Source of the DNA: Candidatus Nomurabacteria bacterium GW2011_GWD2_36_14
GTDB lineage: Bacteria > Patescibacteriota > Minisyncoccia > Phycocordibacterales > UBA9973
Assembly (NCBI GenBank): GCA_000991405.1
Contig: LBRL01000001.1
Coordinates: forward strand, 3,744-67,743
Direction: 5' to 3'
DNA: 64,000 nucleotides
Of the stretch, positions 38,404 to 47,216 are shown piece by piece. The notes under the pieces are model-generated. The model was not told the origin of the DNA, made no database searches, and saw only the letters and a program-made list of their open reading frames with translations. A program made the position numbers and the translations under genes. How positions within the stretch are numbered: position 1 is the first letter of the stretch; each line of letters begins with the position of its first letter.

Positions 38404-38868
38404 TTATAGGATTTTATCAACTTCATTTGTTTCTTCACTGACTGGGGTTTCTACTGGTGTTTCTATTTTGTCTTCATGCTCCTTTTTAATCTTATCCTTA
38501 ACTTTCTTTATTTTTATTTTTGATTCAATCACGGCTCTTTGTATAAAGGAAATTTTCCTAGAGTCGGTTCCGTTTGTTTCTTTCCTAAAGAAGTTGTGTA
38601 TTTTAGGAAGTTTATTCTGGAACCAGATTTTTGTTTTTGTAGCAATCAGGTACCATACTTTCACAATAAACAAGACTACAGACTGAATTACATGCTTAGC
38701 CAAGAATAGGAATATCTTTTCAAAATATTTAAAGGATAGTTGTGGTTTAAATATTTCTGTATTCTCGTCAATTACCACTCTCTTTGTTCGAAGTTTCCAA
38801 TCACGAACTAGTAGCATTCCAAATGCGCTAATTATTGCTATGAAGAAAATGATAATAGTTAAAATCAT
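38404..38868 (-). CDS. Hypothetical membrane protein (N-terminal transmembrane segment, Lys/Glu-rich C-terminus)
   Basis: It is co-oriented with and directly upstream of tsf, and has a hydrophobic N-terminus. Confidence 0.35.
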   Translation of the reverse strand: MILTIIIFFIAIISAFGMLLVRDWKLRTKRVVIDENTEIFKPQLSFKYFEKIFLFLAKHVIQSVVLFIVKVWYLIATKTKIWFQNKLPKIHNFFRKETNGTDSRKISFIQRAVIESKIKIKKVKDKIKKEHEDKIETPVETPVSEETNEVDKIL

Positions 38869-38870
38869 AA

Positions 38871-39653
38871 TTAACCAATAGATTCATGAATGAAGCTTAC
38901 GAAAGTCGCACCCTTCTCTTTGAGTAGGTTGTCGATAGTTAGGTCAGGATTTTTAATAAATGGTTGATCCATCAAAGTTTGTTCTTTGAAGTATGTAGAT
39001 ATTTTACCATCGAGCATTTTCTTTTTTATCTCTTCGGGTTTGTCTGATTCTGATACTTCTTTTTCGAAGACTTCTATAACCTTCGCTTTATCTTCTTCTG
39101 TTATGTCATCTGCTTTTACAAAGGCAGGCTTCATAGCTGCTATGTGCATAGCTATATCTTTTGCAAGTTCTGTTGTTCCTCCTGTAAGTGTTACTATGAC
39201 AGCTCTTTTACTTCCGTGTACGTAGCTACCTAGAGTAGAACCAGTTATTAGCTCTACCTTTCCAAGTTCAATCTTTTCTCCAACTTTCTGAACCACAGGA
39301 TTTATGATATCTAGAGATTTTGCTTGTATAGCTTCTACTCCATCCTTCCAAGCTAGTTGTGCCAATTCGTTGGCGAGAGCTATAAAGTCAGCATTTCTAG
39401 CCACAAAGTCAGTCTCAGAATGAAGAGTAAGAAGTAAAGCTTTTCCTGTACCTTCAACTACCACAATGATACCATCGTGGGCTGTGCGGTCAGACTTCTT
39501 CATAGCGATACTGCTTGATTTCTTTTTAAGGATAATCAAGGCTTTCTCCATATCTCCTTCTGCTTCTTCAAGTGCATTTTTACATTGCATGACAGAGACA
39601 CCAGTTGCATCTCTTAATTCTTTGACTAATTCTGCGGTTATTTTTATAGACAT
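38871..39653 (-). CDS. tsf: Elongation factor Ts
   Basis: The N-terminal UBA-like ITAELVKELRDATGVSVMQCKNALEEAEGDMEKAL. Confidence 0.9.
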   Translation of the reverse strand: MSIKITAELVKELRDATGVSVMQCKNALEEAEGDMEKALIILKKKSSSIAMKKSDRTAHDGIIVVVEGTGKALLLTLHSETDFVARNADFIALANELAQLAWKDGVEAIQAKSLDIINPVVQKVGEKIELGKVELITGSTLGSYVHGSKRAVIVTLTGGTTELAKDIAMHIAAMKPAFVKADDITEEDKAKVIEVFEKEVSESDKPEEIKKKMLDGKISTYFKEQTLMDQPFIKNPDLTIDNLLKEKGATFVSFIHESIG

Positions 39654-39702
39654 GATTTTATTATAGATTGGTTGTATGACCTTAACAAATAATTTTTTTT
39701 AA

Positions 39703-40401
39703 CTACTTCTTATCTCCAGATACTCCTTTATTGTAAGCATTTTTGATTTGAGTCAAGAAGAAACTGATACTAGATACAGAGGCATCGTTGGCGATAATAG
39801 GGAATTCGGATTGCTTTATATTACAGTCTGTATTCATAACGGAAATAACAGGTAGATTCATTTTGTGAGCTTCTGTTACCGCGATGTGTTCTTTCTTAGG
39901 GTCAATTACGAACATTGCATCTGGAGTTTTGGTTATACCTGTAAGACCTTGGAAGTTCTTTGTCATGTCATCCATTTCTCGGTCTATTAGTAGTCTTTCT
40001 TTCTTAGTATATTTATCAAGGCCACCTTTTTCTTTTTGATCACGTAGGTCTAGAAGTTTGGTAATACGTTTTTTAATTTCAGGGAAGTTTGTAAGAGCAC
40101 CTCCAACCCAACGCTCAGATACATAAGGCATGTTTAAAGATAAAGCAGTCTCTATTATTTGCTGGCGAGCTTCTGCCTTAGTTCCAACGAAAAGGATAGT
40201 CTTACCAGCTTGGGCAAGCTCTGTAACTTTTTCTATTGCTTTATTGAAGAGTTCATTAGTCTTCTCAATATTTATAATATCTACTCCGTTCTTCGTTGCG
40301 AAGATATAAGGGGTAGTAGATGGGTGGCGACGACTCTTGGAGTACCCGTAGTGAGTACCATTTGCAAACATTTCTTCTATAACACTATTTTGTGTAGTCA
40401 T
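39703..40401 (-). CDS. rpsB: 30S ribosomal protein S2
   Basis: MFANGTHYGYSKSRRHPSTTPYIF... and the usual rpsB-tsf order. Confidence 0.9.
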   Translation of the reverse strand: MTTQNSVIEEMFANGTHYGYSKSRRHPSTTPYIFATKNGVDIINIEKTNELFNKAIEKVTELAQAGKTILFVGTKAEARQQIIETALSLNMPYVSERWVGGALTNFPEIKKRITKLLDLRDQKEKGGLDKYTKKERLLIDREMDDMTKNFQGLTGITKTPDAMFVIDPKKEHIAVTEAHKMNLPVISVMNTDCNIKQSEFPIIANDASVSSISFFLTQIKNAYNKGVSGDKK

Positions 40402-40596
40402 ATTGTTTTTTGTCTAAGGCGAACCTATAGACTTTATGGTTAATTAATTATAATACTAACCGTTTTTAAGCATTCCAGCTCGCCCGACCATAGGTCTAGG
40501 GCTTATTTACAAAGGTCTTTTAAACAAAAAAGTCCTTCACGGAAAGTACCCACATAATACCAGAAAAAGCATTATTTTGCAAATAGAATTTTCACT

Positions 40597-40623
40597 AATT
40601 CTACTAGACAGGACCTAGTCGAT
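40597..40623 (+). repeat. Degenerate copy (22/27) of the REP-like hairpin ccgactagg-caaga-cctagtcgg
   Basis: tctactagacaggacctagtcgatttt, compared with the canonical copies at 42031 and 42737. Confidence 0.5.
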
Positions 40624-40661
40624 TTTTGGTTTTTTATATTTAAAAGTGCTAATATATTGGA

Positions 40662-42041
40662 ATGGAAGGATTAAATAAAAATACTCCAAAAGAAACAATC
40701 TCAGAAAATAACAGTAATCTTAAAAAGAAAGAAAAACAAATTTCAATTATTGAAATTGATGGTATTAAAATTGAGGCTCAAAAAGAATATTTTGAATATC
40801 CTGAATATATACAAAAAGAAAGTGGTGTTATTGGATATGATAGAACTATAATTGATGACAAATCATTATTTAATATTATAAACAATATATGTAAAAATAA
40901 GGGCATTGATCTTTTAAATGAGGGAGCTTTTGATTTCCATTCTTTGAAAGAAAAGATTATAAATCAATTTTCTACTTTTGTCTTAGACGAAGATCATCGT
41001 CTCAATGCAACTCCTGAATTGATTGAAATGTTTGGTGGAATGAAAAAAGAAGTACCTTCTATTTTTAGAAAAGTAGAAGAAATAATGAGAGAGTTACTCA
41101 AAGGTTTACTTTTAACATTTTCTAATGGAGAATATCCAAATAAGTGCTTTACTCACCAAATGGGTGCAGATTATAATAGAAATCGACGAGATGAATTTAA
41201 ACAAGATCTTGTGGAGAATAAATTTTTTGTTCATAAAATTTATGATATTGATTATGTAAAAGAACAAACCGACAAAAAAGGATTTGATCATACACTATTT
41301 AATGCTACTGGAGGTCTTGAATCATGGAATACTATAAAATCAGATTTGGTAATTTATGACAATACAGGGGAAGAAGTTGAGGCTGGAATGATTGCTAAGC
41401 TTGGTTCCCCTAAATATTTTGAAGGCATAAAAAATGGAAGTTTGTTTGCGTGTACTCCTAAATCAGGCTTTAATGTTGATACTGGAAAATTTTTCTATTC
41501 GCATGAAGGTGGGTTAACAGATCCAGTACCATCTTTTGGATTTTCAATGAAAAATAATATTTTTTTTCAAGAATATTTAAATAAATCATTAGATATATAC
41601 ACAAAAGAAATTAAAGGAATAGATTGGAAAGAATTAGAAGGTGGGGGTATTAACTCTATCGTTCAAGAATTAGTTTTGAGTGATTCTACGGTGCAAGAAA
41701 TAATTTATAAAAAACAAGGAGATAAAGAATATATTAAGGTTGAAAAATATGATGATTCTATTATAAGAGCAGTTAAAAACGTAGTAGAAAAAATAGAAGA
41801 AGATCACGGTATAAAATTGAATGATTACTTAATAAGTTCAGATGTTGTGGGGGATATAATTAGTTCCATGAATTCTAGAAGTGATCGTGAGAAACGCCTT
41901 CCTGTTTTTATAGGTAAAGATGATATTCCACAACTTTGTTGGGGGCACGCTTCTTTCTGTCATTTTATGAGTTCTAAAGGGTTCAATTTTATTAGATTCA
42001 AACATGCAGATCATTTGCCAAATAAAGATAAAACCGACTAG
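40662..42041 (+). CDS. Hypothetical protein (459 aa, no recognisable domain). Its stop codon lies inside a REP-like hairpin
   Basis: It is a long ORF with balanced composition. No motif is recognised. It ends with the TAG embedded in the hairpin at 42031-42060. Confidence 0.5.
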   Translation: MEGLNKNTPKETISENNSNLKKKEKQISIIEIDGIKIEAQKEYFEYPEYIQKESGVIGYDRTIIDDKSLFNIINNICKNKGIDLLNEGAFDFHSLKEKIINQFSTFVLDEDHRLNATPELIEMFGGMKKEVPSIFRKVEEIMRELLKGLLLTFSNGEYPNKCFTHQMGADYNRNRRDEFKQDLVENKFFVHKIYDIDYVKEQTDKKGFDHTLFNATGGLESWNTIKSDLVIYDNTGEEVEAGMIAKLGSPKYFEGIKNGSLFACTPKSGFNVDTGKFFYSHEGGLTDPVPSFGFSMKNNIFFQEYLNKSLDIYTKEIKGIDWKELEGGGINSIVQELVLSDSTVQEIIYKKQGDKEYIKVEKYDDSIIRAVKNVVEKIEEDHGIKLNDYLISSDVVGDIISSMNSRSDREKRLPVFIGKDDIPQLCWGHASFCHFMSSKGFNFIRFKHADHLPNKDKTD

Positions 42042-42060
42042 GCAAGACCTAGTCGGTTTT
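42031..42060. repeat. REP-like hairpin aaaaccgactagg-caaga-cctagtcggtttt (copy 1)
   Basis: A 9-bp perfect stem with a 5-nt loop, and A/T runs on both sides. It is identical to 42737-42768. Confidence 0.85.
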
Positions 42061-42061
42061 G

Positions 42062-42718
42062 TTATTTATTATAATTAAGCCATTCAAAAATTTCTTTTGT
42101 GAATGATTTTTTGTTTGGAAAATATTTTGGAAAGGTTTCTTTATTTAAAATATTGTTTTGAATTCTTTCTATCCCCAAATAATCAAGATAACTACTATAT
42201 TGGTAATTGTATAAATATTCTAAGGTTTCTTTTTTATTTTTAACCCCGACTTCTTTCCAATCTTTTTGTATAAGTTTTATTGGATTTAAGTGAATATATG
42301 AAAATAAGTATTTTAAATAACGCTCTTCACTTACATGCTCTGATTTAAATTTACCTTCAAAAAGTCCACCAGTATGTTTGTATTTTTTATTATAATACAT
42401 TACATATGCAGTAGTTAATTTTTGCATAAATTTGCTTATACTGCCATCTTCTATCTGTGTTATAAGAATATGAAAATGATTAGGCATAATACAAAAAGAT
42501 CCTATTGATACTAACTGCTTGCCCCTTTCAAAATCATATGGGCTTTCTTTTACACCAAGACCAAACATTCTGAAATTATTTTCAGAATTACAAGCAAACA
42601 TAAGACCCATAAAATGAAAACAATCCTCATTGTCATGAAAGATTTTTTGTTTACTATTACCACGATTAAATACATGATAATACTCATTATTAACTAGGTT
42701 TACCTTTCTAATAGACAT
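42062..42718 (-). CDS. IS200/IS605-family Y1 (HuH) transposase of the REP-associated tyrosine transposase (RAYT) type
   Basis: YHVFNRG, the HuH motif MPNHFHILI, and the catalytic Tyr region YLFSYIHLNPIK. The gene is bracketed by identical hairpins. Confidence 0.7.
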   Translation of the reverse strand: MSIRKVNLVNNEYYHVFNRGNSKQKIFHDNEDCFHFMGLMFACNSENNFRMFGLGVKESPYDFERGKQLVSIGSFCIMPNHFHILITQIEDGSISKFMQKLTTAYVMYYNKKYKHTGGLFEGKFKSEHVSEERYLKYLFSYIHLNPIKLIQKDWKEVGVKNKKETLEYLYNYQYSSYLDYLGIERIQNNILNKETFPKYFPNKKSFTKEIFEWLNYNK

Positions 42719-42736
42719 AATTATATTATATACTTA

Positions 42737-42768
42737 AAAACCGACTAGGCAAGACCTAGTCGGTTTTT
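42737..42768. repeat. REP-like hairpin aaaaccgactagg-caaga-cctagtcgg-tttttt (copy 2)
   Basis: It is identical to copy 1 and lies directly upstream of proS. Confidence 0.85.
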
Positions 42769-42801
42769 TGTTTTGACCCAAAGTGATTTTTAGGGTAGTA
42801 T

Positions 42802-44067
42802 GTGGGTATGAAGCAATCACAACTATTTACTAGAACAAAGAAGGAAAGTCCAGCGGATGAAGTATCTCTAAATGCTGAACTCCTTATAAGAGCAGGTTTT
42901 ATAAACAAAGAAATGGCAGGGGTATATTCTTATCTACCTCTTGGTCTTCGTGTTTTGAAGAAGATAGAAAGCATTATTAGAGAAGAAATGGACAATATTG
43001 GTGGTACAGAGATGAGGACAAGTGTCATTCAAAATAAAGAAGTTTGGGAGAAATCAAACAGATGGGATGATGAAGTGGTAGATAATTGGTTTAAAACAAA
43101 ATTAAAAAATGGAACAGAGGTTGGGTTATCTTTTACAAACGAAGAAGCTTATTCAAATATTTTGAAACATTACATAAATTCTTATAAAGATTTACCTATA
43201 TATCCTTATGATTTTAAAAATATCTTTAGAAACGAAGCTCGAAGTAAGTCTGGAATTCTAAGAGGAAGAGAGTTTTATTGGAAAGCGTTATATTCTTTCT
43301 CTAAGGATGAGAAGGAACACAATGAATTTTATGAGAAGGCTAAGGAAGCTTATAAGAACATCTTTAAAAGAGCAGGAATAGGTCATCTTACTTATCTTAC
43401 TTTTGCTTCTGGTGGAAGCTTCTCAAAATTCTCTCATGAATTCCAGACTATAACTTCTGCAGGTGAAGACACTATTTATGTCGATGAAAACAAGGGAATA
43501 GCTATCAATAAAGAAGTTTATAATGATGAGGTTCTTGAAAGTCTTGGTGTTAAAAAAGATGATTTAGTTGAAAATAAGGCTGTAGAAGTAGGAAATATAT
43601 TTTCACTTGGAACAAAATTTTCAGCACCTTTTGATTTGAAATACAAAGATGAAAATGGAGAGGAGAAGCTAGTCATAATGGGTAGTTATGGTATTGGATT
43701 GGGTAGACTAATGGGTACTGTAGTAGAAGTCCTATCTGACGACAAGGGTATCATCTGGCCAGAAAGCATTGCTCCTTTTAAGGTTCATTTATTGTTACTT
43801 GGTGGAGATGAAAATGTTAAGAATGAAGCAGGGGGTCTTTACAATAAACTCAAAGAAAAAAATATTGAAGTTCTATTTGACGATCGTAGCGATATAAGTG
43901 CTGGAGAGAAATTTGCTGATTCTGATCTTATTGGTATCCCTTATAGAATAGTTATTTCAAAACGAAGTCTAGCTGATGGAGGATACGAAGTTAAGAAGCG
44001 CACAGAGTCCAGTGGTAAAATAATAAATATTGATGAACTAATTAGTTTACTAGAAACTAAAAACTAG
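42802..44067 (+). CDS. proS: Prolyl-tRNA synthetase (short form without an editing domain)
   Basis: The N-terminal KQSQLFTRTKKESPADEVSLNAELLIRAGFI...GVYSYLPLGLRVLKKIESIIREEM matches the ProRS N-terminus, and the class II core follows. Confidence 0.7.
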   Translation: MGMKQSQLFTRTKKESPADEVSLNAELLIRAGFINKEMAGVYSYLPLGLRVLKKIESIIREEMDNIGGTEMRTSVIQNKEVWEKSNRWDDEVVDNWFKTKLKNGTEVGLSFTNEEAYSNILKHYINSYKDLPIYPYDFKNIFRNEARSKSGILRGREFYWKALYSFSKDEKEHNEFYEKAKEAYKNIFKRAGIGHLTYLTFASGGSFSKFSHEFQTITSAGEDTIYVDENKGIAINKEVYNDEVLESLGVKKDDLVENKAVEVGNIFSLGTKFSAPFDLKYKDENGEEKLVIMGSYGIGLGRLMGTVVEVLSDDKGIIWPESIAPFKVHLLLLGGDENVKNEAGGLYNKLKEKNIEVLFDDRSDISAGEKFADSDLIGIPYRIVISKRSLADGGYEVKKRTESSGKIINIDELISLLETKN

Positions 44068-44088
44068 TCACTAGAACCTAATTTATAT

Positions 44089-45135
44089 ATGTTTAAAAAA
44101 TTTTATCAAATGTTTTCTAATGATATCGGTATCGACCTAGGGACTGCCAACACCTTGGTGTATTTGAAGGGGCACGGTATCGTCATCAACGAACCTTCCG
44201 TGGTAGTTGTGAATCAGAAGACAGGTCAGATTGTAGCTGTCGGTGCCGAAGCCAAGCAGATGCTTGGACGTACCCCAGGACACGTGCGAGCTATTCGACC
44301 GATTATTGATGGAGTTATTTCCGACTTTGAAGTTACAGAAGAAATGCTTTCCTATCTTATAGGCAAGGCAGAAAAGATTTCCAAGAAGTTCATTCGTCCT
44401 CGCGTTGTTCTAGGTGTGCCAACTGGTATCACCAACGTAGAGATACGTGCCGTAGAGGACGCCGCTCTCTCAGCTGGTGCCCGCGAAGTTTATATTATCG
44501 AAGAGCCAATGTCTGCCGCTATAGGTATACGTCTACCAGTCAAGGAAGCCATGGGTTCGGTCATAGTTGATATCGGTGGAGGTACGACCGATGTGGCTGT
44601 CATATCTCTCTCGGGAGTTGTTCGCTCAAAGAATTTGAAAATTGCTGGAGATCTTCTCAATACCAATATTATAAATTACATGAAAGATGAATTTAAGTTA
44701 CTCATTGGAGAGAGAACTGCTGAAGGTGTGAAGATTGCCATAGGTTCCGCTATTGAAGGTGAACCCATGGAAGCTGAAGTTAGAGGCCGAGACCTAGTCA
44801 CTGGTCTACCTCGTCAAGTAATAGTTACAGACTCCGATATACGTGAAGCCATTCTACCTTCTATCATTAGCTTAGTAGATGGAGTGAAGGAAGTACTAGA
44901 GACTACTCCCCCAGAAATACTCTCCGACATAATGTACAGAGGTCTTGTTCTTTCGGGTGGTGGGGCTCTTATCAGAGGCTTGGATACTTTACTTCAGCAA
45001 ACCCTTAAGATTCCTATATATATAGCCGAAGATCCTCTCACCGCAGTAGCTCGTGGTACCGGTGTGGTACTTGATGACTTTGAAAATTACCAAGAAGTTT
45101 TATTAAACACAGATGATTCATCAGTTCCGAGATAA
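44089..45135 (+). CDS. mreB: Rod-shape determining actin homolog MreB
   Basis: DIGIDLGTANTLVY, VIVDIGGGTTDVAV, LSGGGALIRGLD. Confidence 0.95.
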   Translation: MFKKFYQMFSNDIGIDLGTANTLVYLKGHGIVINEPSVVVVNQKTGQIVAVGAEAKQMLGRTPGHVRAIRPIIDGVISDFEVTEEMLSYLIGKAEKISKKFIRPRVVLGVPTGITNVEIRAVEDAALSAGAREVYIIEEPMSAAIGIRLPVKEAMGSVIVDIGGGTTDVAVISLSGVVRSKNLKIAGDLLNTNIINYMKDEFKLLIGERTAEGVKIAIGSAIEGEPMEAEVRGRDLVTGLPRQVIVTDSDIREAILPSIISLVDGVKEVLETTPPEILSDIMYRGLVLSGGGALIRGLDTLLQQTLKIPIYIAEDPLTAVARGTGVVLDDFENYQEVLLNTDDSSVPR

Positions 45136-45910
45136 AAAGCAAATAGCGAAAAAGAGAAAGTTAGTCAAGAATATTATCTTCTTGATAGGCTTTTTATTAT
45201 TATCAGTTGGAGGAGTTTTTGCTTATACAAGCGGAGCTTTGCACTTTATTGGTAGACCTATCTGGAAAGCTAAGACTGCTGTTGTGGACAACATAGAGAG
45301 CAAGGGTTACATTTTCCGTTCAAAGGCTTCCGTATACAAGGACAATGCAAATCTTTTGAATGAAAATGCTCAACTCAAAATTTCCATGATTGATTACAAT
45401 ATTTTGAAAGATGAGAATCTGAAGCTCAAGGAATTATTTGGTCGCACAACTCCCACCAAGGATCTTGTCCTTTCCAGTATTTTAACGAAGCCAAACTTTT
45501 CACCTTATGATACGATCATTATCGATATCGGAACCAACTTGGGTGTAGCAGTAGGGGATAAGGTTTACTCTGACGTCGTTACTCCCTTAGGAGAAGTAAG
45601 TGCCGTCTACTCTGATACATCCTTAGTAACTCTTTATTCCAATCCAGGCCAAGTCACCGAGGCTATGATGGATGGTACCAATACTAGCGTAGAGTTAGTT
45701 GGTCGTGGAGGTGGCAACTTTGAAATGACGATTCCCATAGACTTACCTTATACCAATGGCACCTTCGTTTATCTTCCAAATTTTAAACCGGAGGTAGTAG
45801 CTACGATAGAAGAAGTAATATCCTCTCCCAACGACCCAGTGAAGAAGGTTCTCTTGCGATCTCCCGTCAATGTCCAGAGTCTCAAATGGGTTTTCGTCAG
45901 TCGAGAATAA
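45113..45910 (+). CDS. mreC: Rod-shape determining protein MreC
   Basis: It directly follows mreB. It has an N-terminal transmembrane segment and a coiled coil, then a beta-rich domain. Confidence 0.6.
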   Translation: MIHQFRDKKQIAKKRKLVKNIIFLIGFLLLSVGGVFAYTSGALHFIGRPIWKAKTAVVDNIESKGYIFRSKASVYKDNANLLNENAQLKISMIDYNILKDENLKLKELFGRTTPTKDLVLSSILTKPNFSPYDTIIIDIGTNLGVAVGDKVYSDVVTPLGEVSAVYSDTSLVTLYSNPGQVTEAMMDGTNTSVELVGRGGGNFEMTIPIDLPYTNGTFVYLPNFKPEVVATIEEVISSPNDPVKKVLLRSPVNVQSLKWVFVSRE

Positions 45911-45917
45911 AGCCTGT

Positions 45918-47216
45918 ATGAAGAAAGCTATTGATTTTAAAATTGAAAAAAGGTTAGAGGGATTTCTAGGTAGAGCAGGGACTCTGACTACACCGCATGG
46001 AGTTATTGAGACTCCGTCTTTTGTCGTTGTAGGTACAAAAGGTACAGTCAAGGCCATGACTCCCGAACAACTCAAGGAGATAGGTGTGCAAGTTACACTT
46101 GCCAATACTTATCATCTTTATCTACAACCAGGAAATGAGCTTATACGTGAGGCAGGAGGTTTGCACAAGTTCATGAATTGGCAGGGGCCCATGATGACAG
46201 ACTCTGGTGGATTCCAAGTATTTTCTCTTGGTGTGGCTTACGGCAAAGAGCTTTCCAAAGTTGTTTCTGTAACTGATCCTAGCTTGCTTATTCCGGAAAG
46301 GTCCACGGCAGAAGATGGAGTACCAAGACTTGCAACCATAGGGAACGATGGAGTTTCTTTCCGATCACACTTAGATGGATCGCTTCATTATATAACTCCA
46401 GAAAAGTCTATCGAGATTCAGCACAACTTAGGAGCCGATATTATATTTGCTTTTGATGAATGTACTTCTCCGACTGAGACTGCTCGATACCAAGAAGAAG
46501 CTCTTTCTCGTACTCACTCTTGGGCCAAGAGGAGTTTGGAGGAGCATAAGAAACGGGAGGAAGCAAAGCAAGAATATGCGAATTCTTCACGCTTTACCCT
46601 AAAGGGCTCCGACGCGACTCAGAATTCTCATATTCTTGCTTCACTTCCTCAGGCTCTCTTTGGTATTGTTCAAGGTGGACGTAGTGAAGAACTTAGGAAG
46701 AAGTCTGCTAAAGTTATAGGAGAAATGGACTTCGATGGTTTTGGTATTGGTGGTTCTTTTGCAAAAGAGGATATGTCTACTGCTGTAAAGTGGGTCAATG
46801 AAGTGCTCCCAGAAGACAAGCCTCGCCATTTACTAGGTATCGGTGAACCGGAAGACTTATTTTCTGGAGTAGAAAACGGAGTAGATCTCTTTGACTGCGT
46901 CGGCCCTACTCGCATTGCTCGCAACGGGACAATGTTTACAAAGAACGGCAAGATAAATATTCTCAATGCAAAGTTTGTAAAAGATTTTGGTTCAGTAGAT
47001 GAAGGGTGCGGTTGTAATACTTGCCAGAATTATACTCGAGCTTATCTTTCACATTTATTCCGTGCCAAGGAAATGCTAGGAGCAACCCTTGCTTCTATTC
47101 ATAATGTCTACTTCATCACAAATCTTGTAAAGCAAATGCGCAATGCTATACTAAATGATACATTCCATGAATTTAAAAATGAATTTTTAAAAAATTATGC
47201 CAAACAAAGTATTTAA
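45918..47216 (+). CDS. tgt: Queuine tRNA-ribosyltransferase, carrying an in-frame ~24-aa insertion
   Basis: TPHGVIETPSFV..., LGIGEPEDL and the zinc site CGCNTCQNYTRAYLSHL. The start is the ATG at 45918. The insertion QEYANSSRFTLKGSDATQNSHILA lies between WAKRS and ALFGIVQGG. Confidence 0.9.
   Translation: MKKAIDFKIEKRLEGFLGRAGTLTTPHGVIETPSFVVVGTKGTVKAMTPEQLKEIGVQVTLANTYHLYLQPGNELIREAGGLHKFMNWQGPMMTDSGGFQVFSLGVAYGKELSKVVSVTDPSLLIPERSTAEDGVPRLATIGNDGVSFRSHLDGSLHYITPEKSIEIQHNLGADIIFAFDECTSPTETARYQEEALSRTHSWAKRSLEEHKKREEAKQEYANSSRFTLKGSDATQNSHILASLPQALFGIVQGGRSEELRKKSAKVIGEMDFDGFGIGGSFAKEDMSTAVKWVNEVLPEDKPRHLLGIGEPEDLFSGVENGVDLFDCVGPTRIARNGTMFTKNGKINILNAKFVKDFGSVDEGCGCNTCQNYTRAYLSHLFRAKEMLGATLASIHNVYFITNLVKQMRNAILNDTFHEFKNEFLKNYAKQSI
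46569..46638 (+). repeat. In-frame palindromic miniature element (copy in tgt)
   Basis: caagaatatgcgaattct-tcacgctttaccctaaagggctccgacgcgactc-agaattctcatattcttg. It has 18-bp inverted arms and a conserved 30-bp core that is nearly identical in uvrA and uvrC. Confidence 0.85.

Larger units (their letters stand above)
42031..42768 (-). mobile_element. REP-RAYT unit: Y1 transposase flanked by two identical REP-like hairpins
   Basis: See the component features. A third, degenerate hairpin lies at 40597. Confidence 0.6.
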
